DNA of 63,860 nt, counting the filler, from Octopus bimaculoides (taxonomy: Eukaryota): NCBI RefSeq assembly GCF_001194135.2. It is 7 parts of 7 records of this genome, joined end to end, with 100 filler letters (N's around TTAATTAATTAA, not from the genome) between each part and the next. Parts side by side here need not be neighbours in the genome. Positions count along the whole stretch, not along the records: positions 11,022 to 22,630 come from NC_068991.1; positions 22,731 to 31,582 come from NC_068988.1; 5 more parts are not named here. One strand, written 5' to 3'. The position numbers and the translations under genes were made by a program. The notes beneath the pieces are model-generated. The model ran no database searches, was not told the DNA's origin, and saw nothing but the letters and a program-made list of their open reading frames with translations. Each line of letters starts with the position of its first letter. The stretch's first letter is position 1. Of this stretch, positions 11,567-23,699 are shown in pieces.

Positions 11567-11901
11567 ATGATTGCATATATGTGTGTTTGCGAGTGTTTGT
11601 ATGTGTGAGTGCTTGTATGTGTACGTGTCTGCATGCATGCGTGCGTGTGTGTGCTTGTGTGCATGTGTAAGACGAAACGTAAATCATATTTTTCGGCTTT
11701 ATGGATTTTTATTTACATAGACATAACACATATTTGTTCCGTTAGATAATATATAACAGCCGTCAGAGCTTCCCTACAGGTGTATATCGACCAAATGTAC
11801 CTGCACTCGCAACAAAAACAATGATCAAAGGTATTATATAAGAGGGAGCGTATGTATGTATGTATGTATGTATGTATGTATGTATGGATGGATGGATGGA
11901 T

Positions 11902-12052
11902 GACGCAGGAGTGGCAGTGTGGTAAGTAGCTTGCTTACCAGCTACATGGTTCCGGGTTCAGTCCCACTGCGTGACACCTCTTCTATTATAGCCTCGGGCC
12001 GACCAAAGCCTTGCGAGCGGATCTGGTAGACAGAAACTGAAAGAAGCCCATC

Positions 12053-12055
<3 letters not shown>
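11902..12055 (+). mobile_element. SINE S1 5' half, running into (TG)n and a gap
   Basis: A box TGGCAGTGTGG, B box GGTTCAGTCCC, then tatagcctcgggccgaccaaagccttg...gaaactgaaagaagccc. Confidence 0.85.
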
Positions 12056-12100
<45 letters not shown>

Positions 12101-12722
12101 NNNNNNNNNNNNNNNNNNNNNNNNNNNNNNNNNNNNNNNNNNNNNNNNNNNNNNNNNNNNNNNNNNNNNNNNNNNNNNNNNNNNNNNNNNNNNNNNNNNN
12201 NNNNNNNNNNNNNNNNNNNNNNNNNNNNNNNNNNNNNNNNNNNNNNNNNNNNNNNNNNNNNNNNNNNNNNNNNNNNNNNNNNNNNNNNNNNNNNNNNNNN
12301 NNNNNNNNNNNNNNNNNNNNNNNNNNNNNNNNNNNNNNNNNNNNNNNNNNNNNNNNNNNNNNNNNNNNNNNNNNNNNNNNNNNNNNNNNNNNNNNNNNNN
12401 NNNNNNNNNNNNNNNNNNNNNNNNNNNNNNNNNNNNNNNNNNNNNNNNNNNNNNNNNNNNNNNNNNNNNNNNNNNNNNNNNNNNNNNNNNNNNNNNNNNN
12501 NNNNNNNNNNNNNNNNNNNNNNNNNNNNNNNNNNNNNNNNNNNNNNNNNNNNNNNNNNNNNNNNNNNNNNNNNNNNNNNNNNNNNNNNNNNNNNNNNNNN
12601 NNNNNNNNNNNNNNNNNNNNNGTAAACTTTTTATGTATGAGATATTTCCGTTTACTTTCAATGTATCAGCGTTCGATATTTGAGTACATTTCCATATGCC
12701 TGTACGCGTGTGTGAATACATG

Positions 12723-12789
<67 letters not shown>

Positions 12790-13857
12790 CGAAAACACCA
12801 GAATTGAAGAGGGAAATTTTCAAATTTTATTGTTGCACCATAATAACCTGTGACTTAGTTCATATGTTTAATATGCATATATTTATATCTTGTACGTTGT
12901 ACATTTGAGGAAGATTTGGTTGCTATTTCAGGCCGATCAAATATTTACGCATAAACTCTTATGTCGGTAGGTGTGTTAAGTGGAAGCATGTGTTTAAAAT
13001 ATTTCATTTATGGTATTTATCTACAAGGAGATTTATTGGTTTATTCTATATCGTAAGTAATGCAATGTTTACGTAGAGTGAATAAATTGAGGAGATGTGG
13101 TTGAGTGCATACACTGCAGCTGTAGGGTTTTCGTTGTCACACCTCTTTGATTCTGGTTAATTATTTGCGTAGTTTGGCAACAAGATCGTTGGATGGGAAC
13201 TATGTGATAAAGGAGGAAGAAGGGGTTCGGTTTTCGTTGTAGACAGTTGAACGCCATATAACTACCAAGGTATACGTTTATAAGTGAAATAATTAACACA
13301 TTTTGATATATTTGTGCATATATACAGGCAGACACACCCACCTGTATGCGTGTGTGTGAGTACGTGTGAGTGTGTGTGTATGTATGTATGTACGTATGTA
13401 TGTGTGAGAGTGTATGTGTGTGTGTTTGTGGCACGATTATGAAATCGTAGATTCCATTCCAGATCGAACGGCGTGTCGTGTTGTGCCTTTCAGCAAGGCA
13501 CTTCATTTCACGTTGATTCTATCTACGCAGCTGACATATGTGTGTGTATGTGTACATATAAGCCCCCCCCCACNNNNNNNNNNNNNNNNNNNNNNNNNNN
13601 NNNNNNNNNNNNNNNNNNNNNNNNNNNNNNNNNNNNNNNNNNNNNNNNNNNNNNNNNNNNNNNNNNNNNNNNNNNNNNNNNNNNNNNNNNNNNNNNNNNN
13701 NNNNNNNNNNNNNNNNNNNNNNNNNNNNNNNNNNNNNNNNNNNNNNNNNNNNNNNNNNNNNNNNNNNNNNNNNNNNNNNNNNNNNNNNNNNNNNNNNNNN
13801 NNNNNNNNNNNNNNNNNNNNNNNNNNNNNNNNNNNNNNNNNNNNNNNNNNNNNNNNN

Positions 13858-13895
<38 letters not shown>

Positions 13896-13985
13896 ATGGT
13901 AAATGAAAGACGGAAGATGGAATATACATATATAAAAGCAATAATAAATATCTGAACGCGGTATAAACAGTAGCTGCACGACAAC

Positions 13986-14100
13986 GTGAAGTATATTTGC
14001 CACTTAGATGTGGTTAACCCTTAAGGGTGGATGCTAGTGTAGCTTGTAGCCCCAGGAGGACACCTCTTCCAGCTGGCTATTGACATACTTTCTGTGCCCT
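13986..14100 (+). mobile_element. Second copy of the possible LTR 5' end
   Basis: Homologous to 2738-2893. Confidence 0.45.
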
Positions 14101-14579
14101 ATCAGTATTTATATATATATATATATATATATATAATGCCACAGAAATTCGTTGTCATGTTTGACAACGAATTTCTGTAATCTACAAGAAGCTCAATGCC
14201 CTATATCTTAAATATATCTTATGGAGAATAAATAAGTAGATAGAAACACATTTCCAGGCAGATAGAAGAACAACTAAACGAAAGAAGAGACAGCGAGATA
14301 TGGGTGACTTCGTTTTTAGTTACATGAATTATGAATGGAAAGTAATATACATTGCATGAACAACATCACAGCTACTCTTTCTGTTGAGGCAAATTTTGTG
14401 TCGAACGAGGTAGTAAATGAAACCAAAGTGTTTAGTTAATGAATCTACAGATGACATAGAAAAACAAACAAAGTGTACTTTCTGTACACATACAAATGGC
14501 GTACGTAACTGTGTGTGTGGTTAAGAAGGTGGATTTTTTTGCTGTTTGGTTAAGAAGTTCGTAGGACTTGATTAAAAAT

Positions 14580-14683
14580 CATAGTTGACCTCGGCAGAAT
14601 TTCAACCTATATCATAAAGAGCCGGAAGAAACACGACCAAGCATTTTGTCCGACGTACTAAGATATCCTGCAAGGTCACCACC
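14580..14683 (-). mobile_element. Degenerate SINE S2
   Basis: gttgacctcggcagaattt...aagcattttgtccgacgtactaa. Confidence 0.55.
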
Positions 14684-14800
14684 TTTGACCTATTTTTAGG
14701 ATTCTATTAATTTGCCTCTATTTATTGGTCCCTCTTTTTATGTCTCTATTATTTGGTGTCCTTCTATATGTCTATTTGTATCTATCTATTGGTACCTATG

Positions 14801-15116
14801 TGAAGGTGCGTGGCTTAGTGGTTAGAGCATTCGGTACACGGTCGTGAGTTCAATTCCCAGCGACGCGTTGTGTCCTTGAGCAAGACACTTTATTTCACGT
14901 TGTTCCAGTCCATTCAGCTGGCAAAAATGAGTAGTACCTGCATTTTAAAGGGCCAGCTTTGTCACACTCTGTGTTACACTGAATATCCCCGAGAACTACG
15001 TTAAGGGTACACGCATCTGTGGAGTGCTCAGTCACTTGCACATTAATTTCACGAGCAAGCTGTTCCATTGATCGGATCAACTGGAACGCTCGTCGTCGTA
15101 ACCGACGGAGTGCTCC
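14801..15116 (+). mobile_element. SINE S3 (tRNA head, CORE-like domain, 3' module shared with S4)
   Basis: A box TGGCTTAGTGG, B box GAGTTCAATTCC, gtgtccttgagcaagacactt (CORE-like), and the tail cgtcgtaaccgacggagtg. Confidence 0.8.
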
Positions 15117-15589
15117 TATTGGTACCGACGTTTTGCCTCTACCTGGTCGTTCATTATTTATGAGATTCTGTTTGTTCGTCTCTACCCGTTGCTGATAATC
15201 TATGAACCTATTTATTGATGCCTGTTTTCGTTTCCATCTGTTGGTTGATTTCCGTATGTTGGCTTCTGTTGGTTTGTATGCGTTGATCTTTCCCGTTATT
15301 CCCGATCTGTTAGTCTTTGACATTCTCTGTCCATTGGTCTGTCTTCTTCACTATCTTTGCGACCAAAAAACAGTGGCGGATAGCTTTTGGTCTCAAGCTG
15401 TAAGTCTATATCTACACCTATATCTATCGGCGTGCGTGTGTATGTGTGTATGCGCGTGTGTGTATGTGTATGTATATGTACTTATGTATGTATGTATGTA
15501 TGTATGTATGTCAGGTCACTTATGAGGCTCTCATAATTGCTACTGGTAGCATGGAATCCAGTACAATCTGTTACATGGTCGGGTTGTCG

Positions 15590-15840
15590 GTGACTAAACT
15601 GGCACCCCCACCAGGCTATCCTGGTGAGGAGGGTTGCTAGAAACCCAGCAGGGTTAAAAACAAGACCTGTTGAAAGTTCGGATGGACCTAGTGCAGGCTC
15701 AACGGCTATCTAGCAACAGCAAGGGTACGCAGAAATTCCGGGGTGGTGTCCGGCGTGCTGAAAGACCACTGGGAGTGAGGCACCCCTCAGCATCTGTTGA
15801 AGCATGTCTCTAGGAGAAGGTCACTCTGATATAAAACGAG
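15590..15840 (+). mobile_element. GC-rich structured segment resembling a LINE (RTE-like) 5' UTR
   Basis: Multiple hairpins (CACCAGG-ctat-CCTGGTG; GGGTT-gctag-AACCC) and a taggagaaggtcactctgatataaaac motif I associate with RTE 5' regions. Unverified. Confidence 0.4.
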
Positions 15841-16069
15841 ATATGCAAAGAATGGCGTTGGACATTTTGGGGATCTTTGGTTTGTGCTAGACATCACGGC
15901 GCTCCCACATCCCTGAGCCTGCGACTCATATTCGCACCAGACATCTTGCTCTGGCTTGTCTCTGGATAATGTCAATGAAGATCGATACAATAAAGCACAA
16001 ATATTCCTATAAAACGTCCCAGATGTGAATGAAAAAGATTCCCCACCATTGTACTCTATAAGCCTCACT

Positions 16070-16104
<35 letters not shown>

Positions 16105-16450
16105 TACCATCACCATCACCATCATCACCATCGTCATTATCTTCATCNNNNNNNNNNNNNNNNNNNNNNNNNNNNNNNNNNNNNNNNNNNNNNNNNNNNN
16201 NNNNNNNNNNNNNNNNNNNNNNNNNNNNNNNNNNNNNNNNNNNNNNNNNNNNNNNNNNNNNNNNNNNNNNNNNNNNNNNNNNNNNNNNNNNNNNNNNNNN
16301 NNNNNNNNNNNNNNNNNNNNNNNNNNNNNNNNNNNNNNNNNNNNNNNNNNNNNNNNNNNNNNNNNNNNNNNNNNNNNNNNNNNNNNNNNNNNNNNNNNNN
16401 NNNNNNNNNNNNNNNNNNNNNCCTTCACCACCACCATCATCATCATCTCC

Positions 16451-16481
<31 letters not shown>

Positions 16482-17230
16482 CCACAGGTATATGTTACCA
16501 TTATTTTCACGAAACTTCCTCCCATCAGCACCGTCACTGCCATGCATAACCCCCCACACACACACACACACGCACCGTTACATAACATAACATCACCCCT
16601 ACACAACATACCCCCGCTACCACCACCACCACCACTGCACACCCAGCATACTACCCCCTACCGTGAACTCTATCTTAACTACCATCACCTGCACCACCAC
16701 CACCATCCCCCTAGCTTCTGCCTGTCGCTTCACACACCTTTCAACCGCCGCCGCCGCCACCATAACCATCGCTCCCATTAACACCACACCTTCACCGCCA
16801 TTAGTACTATAACCCTCACTGCTACCATCACCATCATCATCATCATCATCATCATCACCACCACCACCACCACCACCACTACCATCACCCCCGCCATCAT
16901 CATCATCATCATACCACTACCACCTCTTTCACTCTTTACTATCTGCATCGCAACCACCACCAACAACAACATCCATAACACCAACTCCTACCACTACCAC
17001 CAACGCCGCCAACACCACCACCAACACCACCATTTCTCTGTCTCCGCCGTCTTCCCCATCTCCACTGCTACATCAACATCTTCGCCACCGCCGCCACCAT
17101 TTCACTGTCTGCGCCTTCACCACCACTAAAAATTCACTATCTCCACCATCTACCACCATATCTACCTCTACCTCATTAAATCTCCTCCTCCTCCTCCGCC
17201 TCTTCCTACCTCCACCACTACCTCCACCGC
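16070..17230. repeat. Long degenerate (CAT/CAC/CCA/CCT)n tract with an N gap
   Basis: Directly visible, with a strong C-rich strand bias. Confidence 0.85.
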
Positions 17231-17476
17231 CACATTCATCTCCCAATTGATATTAGCTGAGACTTACTTACATTACATATTTGTCGAGTGAAGCGATATT
17301 CCTCAGTGAAGCTTATACGAGAAAATACTTTTTACACACAAAACAGAAAAGAGAATTCACTACGAACAGAAATGGTGAGTAAATGTTTTAGCTTTTTGTT
17401 TCTCTTCGCAGAATAACTCCCATCATCGCAATATTCTGTGCTGTTCCCCTCATCATGCGCCCTTGTGGCAAATAAC

Positions 17477-17510
<34 letters not shown>

Positions 17511-17606
17511 TCATTGTTGTTGTTTTTGTTGCTGCTGCTGTTACTACTGTATCCTGGTCAGTCCTGAGCGTCAGAGACAAAATGGTCACCCGTCTTTTCT
17601 TTAGAC

Positions 17607-17935
17607 TAGGGGTTCTCAGCCATTTCATGGGGGGGGGGTGTCATCTATAGACCCCTTTATTCTGGTGGACTCCCCCCTCCCGTAACCATTCGTTTCATTG
17701 ATACTTCTTTCAAAAGTCCTATTTTGTTTTTCATTCATGAACTTGTTTACTGTTGGATAAAGATCCCTAACTGTCCCTTGCAATGCATACCAATACACAC
17801 ATCTAAGGCTAAAAATTTTCAGGTTCCCTTAAAATGTTATTGCGGATCCCCAATTTACTATTTTGCTCATGTTGACCTCCAAAAAATCTTATATAGCCGG
17901 TCAGGAACCGTATGGAACCCGGTCGATAACCTCTG
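17607..17935. mobile_element. hAT (Charlie-type) MITE with a perfect 8-bp TSD
   Basis: TIRs TAGGGGTTCTCAGCC and GGTCGATAACCTCTG. The TSD CTTTAGAC is at 17599-17606 and 17936-17943. Confidence 0.85.
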
Positions 17936-18144
17936 CTTTAGACAAGATTAGGCATATCTAACTGACCCAGTGCAAAACTCCAAATACCAGTTAACGCCGA
18001 CTCAGCTTTGAGTAAATAATAGAAGATTAGCTTATTTCTAAGCAACGGTTCCCAATATTTTTAACAACACAGACCAGTGACATGCCAGAAAATTCTCCCA
18101 CAGATCATGCACATAACAAGACAAAATGAAATGCACAATATATA

Positions 18145-18319
18145 CCTTTTGCTGTTTACTTTTGCTGGGGCACCGCCTTGAAGAATTTTTACTCGAATGA
18201 ATTAACCCCAGCGCTATTTTTAGGACTGGTACTTGTTCTAGGAATCGTTTTTGCCGAACTGCTAAGTTACGAGGACGTAAACACACCAGATCCAGTCGTG
18301 AAGTGGATGTAGGAGACAA

Positions 18320-18381
<62 letters not shown>

Positions 18382-18528
18382 GACGGGTTCTTTCAGTTTC
18401 TGTCTACCAAATCCATTCAGCTCGAGACTATAAAAGAAGACACTTGTCCAATGTGCCACGCAGTGGGACTGAACCCGGAACCACGTGGTTGGAAAGCAAT
18501 TTCCTTACCGCACAGCCACGCCTGCGCC
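18145..18528 (-). mobile_element. SINE S1, near full length, with internal (CA)n(TA)n
   Basis: The reverse strand begins ggcgcaggcgtggctgtgcggtaagg...ggttccgggttcagtcccactgcgtggcac. Confidence 0.88.
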
Positions 18529-19553
18529 GAATAATTTAATTATTACTCATAAAATTCATATATATTGCATATATATTCATACGATACGAAAACATCCTGC
18601 AGACTACAGTAGTCAATAAACTAGAAATAGAATTTTAAATTTATTCTTTCCGGGCGGCCCGATATTGGTCTGCAGCCTGGTGTAGGGGACAGCTGATGTA
18701 AGGGACGTTTTTATTAAGAGACGATGTTATATATCTGTTAGAATACTACTCTAAGTACTCTCTGGACTGGTTTTGTTGCAACAATATAGAATTTAATTCA
18801 TCATTTCTCTTCTTAATTTGTAATTTGTTATTAATTCTATCCAAACTAATTATGTTTCAATGAAACATTTTTTTTTCAAATATCGTTTTTTGTCCTTCTA
18901 TGTACACCCTTACTTACATATACATACATACGCATATACATGCATAAATACATCTACATACACGTGCGCATATTTATGCACACACACGTCTTTTGGTGTA
19001 CGTGTATGTATGTATTAATAATCAGCAGAAGTTCGAGTGTGACTCAAGAGCCGAGAGTCTCGTGCGTTGGCACTTACAACCATGTGTGCGTGTGTGAGAT
19101 CTTGAAAAGTCTACCACCCAGCTATGCGACTGAAAGCTATACCAATCACTGTACTGGTTTGCACTTTATAATAAAGATCCCTCTCTTTCCGGCCAACGTA
19201 AGGCGACAGTATTTTAAACTGCATAGGGTTGAAAGGCCCACGACTTTTACATTGCCAAAAGGTTTCAGAGATGTACGAGGTGTACATGTGGATGTGTCCA
19301 AAGAACAATCAGATTAAATTTTGTCTGAACCCGCATCATGGCAAGAAACGCACAGGAGGGCACCTCGGTCCAGCTCACTACTTCACCGGGACCCCGATTC
19401 CAGAAACAGAACCGGGAAATTAGTCTAAAATAAATAAGCGTTAACTAATGGCGGTCCCACAGCCTCTGAAACCGATAATCGAATAACAGAACACAAAGAC
19501 ACAGGCACTCACGACCACACACACACACACACACACACAGTATATATATATAT

Positions 19554-19744
19554 ATGGCTGTGTGGTAAGTAGCTTGCTTCCCAACCACACGGTTCCGGGT
19601 TCAGTTCCAAAGCATGGCACTTTGGGTAAGTGTCTTCTGCTGTAGCCTCGGGCCGACCGAAGCCTTGTGAGTGGATTTGGTAGATGGAAACTGAAAGACG
19701 CCCTATAATTATGTAATTATATATAATATATAATTATATATATG

Positions 19745-19788
<44 letters not shown>

Positions 19789-19915
19789 TATGTGTGTGTG
19801 TTAGTTTGTGTGTGTCTTTGTGTCTATGTTTGTGCGCCCCACCATCGCTTGACAACCGATGTCGGTGTATCTATGTTCCAGTAACATAGCAGTTCGGCAA
19901 AAGAGATCGATAGAA
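19554..19915 (+). mobile_element. SINE S1 with internal (TA)n(TG)n
   Basis: tggctgtgtggtaagtagcttgcttcccaaccac...gcagttcggcaaaagagatcgataga. Confidence 0.88.
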
Positions 19916-20224
19916 CCACAACTCGAGAGTGTATGGTGAGAGAAATAGGCTGGCTTTCAACGCGGTTACTATTTTTTTTTTTTTCTTGTGAATTGTATGA
20001 AAGAACGGTGCAAACTTCTATATAAAACATGTCCCACATTCTGTACCTACCCGTGGGGTTTCCTTTTGTTTAATCATTGGATGACTGTACCAGCAACACG
20101 CGAAGATCGAGTAGTTATATTGGCAGAAAGCCAGATGTGAAACACACAAAATCTCAATTAACCGAACCTGCATAGAAGACGGTATTTAGCATGGTTGTAA
20201 GCGTATTGGTTATCAGCTATCTTA

Positions 20225-20605
20225 CGCAATGGCCCAGTGGTTAGGGCAGCGGACTCGCGGTCATAGGATCGCAGTTTCGATTCCCAGACTGGGCGTTGTG
20301 AGTGTTTATTGAGCGAAAACACCTGAAGCTCTACGAGGCTCCGGCAGGGGATGGTGGCGAACCCTGCTGTGCTCTTTCACCACAACTTTCTCTCACTCTT
20401 TCTTCCTGTTACTGTTGTGCCTGTAATTCAAAGGGTCAGCCTTGTCACACTGTGTCACGCTGAATATCCCCGAGAACTCCGTTAAAGGTACACGTGTCTG
20501 TGGAGTGCTCAGCCACTTGCACGTTAATTTCACGAGCAGGCTGTTCCATTGATCGGATCAATTGGAACCCTCGACGTCGTAAGCGACGGAGTGCCAACAA
20601 ACAAC
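20225..20605 (+). mobile_element. SINE S4, full length
   Basis: A box TGGCCCAGTGG, B box GTTTCGATTCC and a (CAA)n tail. High identity to 36673 and 59869. Confidence 0.9.
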
Positions 20606-21000
20606 TTGTTTCAGTCATTGGACTGCGACCATGCTGGGGCACCACCTTAAAGGGTTTAGTCCAACAAATCGACATCAATACTTTCTGAGTGTGGTATTTA
20701 TTCTATCGTCTTAGCGGTTCGGCAAAAGAGACCAATAGAGTAAGTACCAGATTGATTCCAAAAATATATATTACGCTCAATGTGTTAGATAAAACACAAT
20801 GCGAGTCATAATTATCTTTTATCTCATTGGACATTGGCCATGCTGGAACACCGCCTTGAAGGGGTCAGTAGCAAAAAATTGACCCCAGTAGTTACTTTTT
20901 TAATAATCTGGTACTTATTTTATCGGTGTCTTTTTTTTTTTAAAAACTGCTCAGTGACAGGAACATAGACAAATCAACATCGACCGTGAAGCGGTGGTGG
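20606..21000. mobile_element. Rearranged SINE S1 3'-half fragments, both orientations
   Basis: tttcagtcattggactgcgaccatgctggggcacc (-), ttagcggttcggcaaaagagacc (+) and ccatgctggaacaccgccttgaag (-). Confidence 0.7.
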
Positions 21001-21004
21001 GGAC

Positions 21005-21156
21005 AAACATCGACCTCAGCGTTTCACTGATACTAATTTATCGCTCTCAAAAGGATGAAAGGCAAAGTCGACTTCGCAGAATTTTAAACTCAGAACATAT
21101 CGACGGGCGAAATTCCGCTGAGCATTTTGCCCGACATTTTGCAAACGATTCTGCCT
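21005..21156 (-). mobile_element. SINE S2
   Basis: aaggatgaaaggcaaagtcgac...agcattttgcccgac...aacgattctgcc. Confidence 0.75.
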
Positions 21157-22232
21157 TATGTTTTACATATATATTGAAAGATATTTGAAAGTGATTTTAT
21201 GGAGGAAAATATATAATGTTGTGCATGTTAATACAATGCTGTACCCGTATATTGGAATAAAATACGAAACCATGCATTTAGCTTATATAAACTGTTATTC
21301 GAGTACCATATCTTCTTTCAGATCAACTGTATACTTGTCTATATTTAGGTCAAGAGAATTACCTTACACAATGTAAAACTTTTATTTCTGGCGGTGATAT
21401 TTTGTGTTACCGCGATGGGCCACCAAGGTGGCGCACCACCGCTATGATTTTGTTGTCATCCACTCATTGCTAATAACCGATAGACGGATAAAAGATTAGC
21501 ATTCCTTTCATTATTCTAGGAGAATTTCATTTAGATAATTAAAAAAAATATTTCTTAAAGGTAACACTGTCATTAAATAATGTAAGACACATATCAGGTG
21601 TGAGTTATGTAAGTTGGGGAATGAGGTGTAATGAAGTGATGTGACTTCCCCACATAACTGCTGACGTGCGTGTGTGCTAACAGCCCGTGATATTTTGGTT
21701 TGTTTTCAGTATTTTATTATTAGTAACAATTATTGTACCGAGAAGATTTATGCTCGTCCGGTTCCCCAACCTACAACACTCGCTCTCCCATCAATAATGC
21801 GGCTGCGTTGAACACTGGACAATCCTTTTGATTCATTTCAAAATTATGAAGAAAAAAAAACCGCGTCTCATACACTGACGAATACAGTAAATCTCTCTAT
21901 TACAAACTCATGGCCTCAAAACAATGAACGAAATTAAAAAGCTAAGGTTATTGTGAAGAGTAAATATTTCCTTTGTTCACGTTATTTTTCGCTTGGTGTA
22001 TTTATATATATCCTATCTAATCCATTAAGGTATGTGTTTACGTTCACTTTATAGAATGATATCCTTAGAATTTTGTATTTTTATAGTAAATAGTTTTCTT
22101 TTTAGCGCTCTTGTCAGTACGACAGGAAGTTAGACGGTAAGTAGTAGGTTCTGGAAACAAAACACACCCGGCCAAGATGTGGAGGTGTTCCTTGATTTTC
22201 ATTTTGTGGCTTTCCTCTTTTTAGGTCGTGAT

Positions 22233-22400
22233 GGGCACGGGTGTGCGGTGAAGAAGCTTGCTTTGCAACCACGTGGCTTCAAGTTCAGTCGCACTACACG
22301 GCCTCTTGAGCTAGTGTCTTCTACTTATAGCCCCAGGCTGACGAATGTCTTGTGAGTGAATTTGGTAGACAGTAGATGTGTGGAAGACCATCCTATATAC
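22233..22400 (+). mobile_element. Degenerate SINE S1 5' half
   Basis: gaagaagcttgctttgcaaccacgtgg..tcaagttcagtc..tatagccccaggctgac. Confidence 0.7.
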
Positions 22401-22591
22401 GTATATGTGTGTATGTGTGTGTGTTAGCGCAGGCGCAATAATTTTATTATAAATACAAATTATACCCACAACAAACACAGCCAGACACCACGCATGTGTG
22501 TATGTTTATATATATACATACACGCGCGTACACACACACACACACAGATCCATCCATCCATACATACATACATACATACATACATACATAC

Positions 22592-22630
<39 letters not shown>

Positions 22631-23440
22631 NNNNNNNNNNNNNNNNNNNNNNNNNNNNNNNNNNNNNNNNNNNNTTAATTAATTAANNNNNNNNNNNNNN
22701 NNNNNNNNNNNNNNNNNNNNNNNNNNNNNNATATATATATATATATATATATACATGTCTGAATGAAATGTATGAAAAGTTTTAAAATTTATAGCGAACT
22801 AAGCTATGTCGCATTTTGATACAGGGCAGGAGGGTAATGTAACAAGTATATGGAAAATACTATTAAACGATTCAGACAAATCTATGTTTGCTATAGATAA
22901 ATCCATCGATCCATCCATTGGTCGATCCCTTGATCGTTCGATCCATCCATCCATCCATATATCCATCCATCCATCCATTCATCCATCCATCCATCCATCC
23001 ATCCATACATACATACATGTAAATGTGTGCGTGTGCATGTTAATGTATATACGTTTATTGGTTTATTCGTATCTGTAGGTATATACATATATACTAACAG
23101 TCTATCTACATGAGCTTACACATAAGCAAACAAACATATACATATACACACGCAAACGCAGCATACACATTCTCACACGCTTACACAGATACACCACACT
23201 GAAGAATAAATATAATTTTTCTATTATGAAATTACCACTAATTTCTGTTATTGCTTATTTCTTATCGATTAAAACAAATTCCTTTTCTGCAATTTATGTT
23301 ATATATTCTCTGTATTTATGATTTTTCTTCGTGTACCATCCACACTTGTGTAATGATATACTTGATCAGCACCAGTCGCCAATGTCATAATACAAAAGAA
23401 GTTAGTTTTGATACCATTAACATTTTGTAAATTCTAAATG

Positions 23441-23489
<49 letters not shown>

Positions 23490-23699
23490 CACGCATACAT
23501 ACATATACACATACATAGACACATACATACATACTTACATACATGTATATACATATCTGTGTTTGCATGTGTGTGTGCGTGCATGTGTGTGCCCAATTGT
23601 ATTTGATTTTATGTTCAATTATGATAAAAAAAGATTTTACATTAATCTGGTGAGTTACTCGATTCTTTTGAAGAAATATTTATAACACAAAGCCCACAG

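Noticed and set aside
17270-17309. Minus-strand mini-exon candidate (FTEEYRFTRQICN|gtaagt)
   Set aside because: It overlaps an equally plausible plus-strand candidate, which shows how often such signals arise by chance. No independent support.
20225-20290. tRNA-like A/B boxes here and in the other SINE heads
   Set aside because: They do not form full cloverleaves and are fused to repeated bodies and tails, so they are SINE heads and not tRNA genes.
21419-21432. GCCACCAAGGTGGC(GC), CTCF-like
   Set aside because: It has one extra base in the core relative to CCACCAGGTGGCGC, and is better described as a short palindrome.
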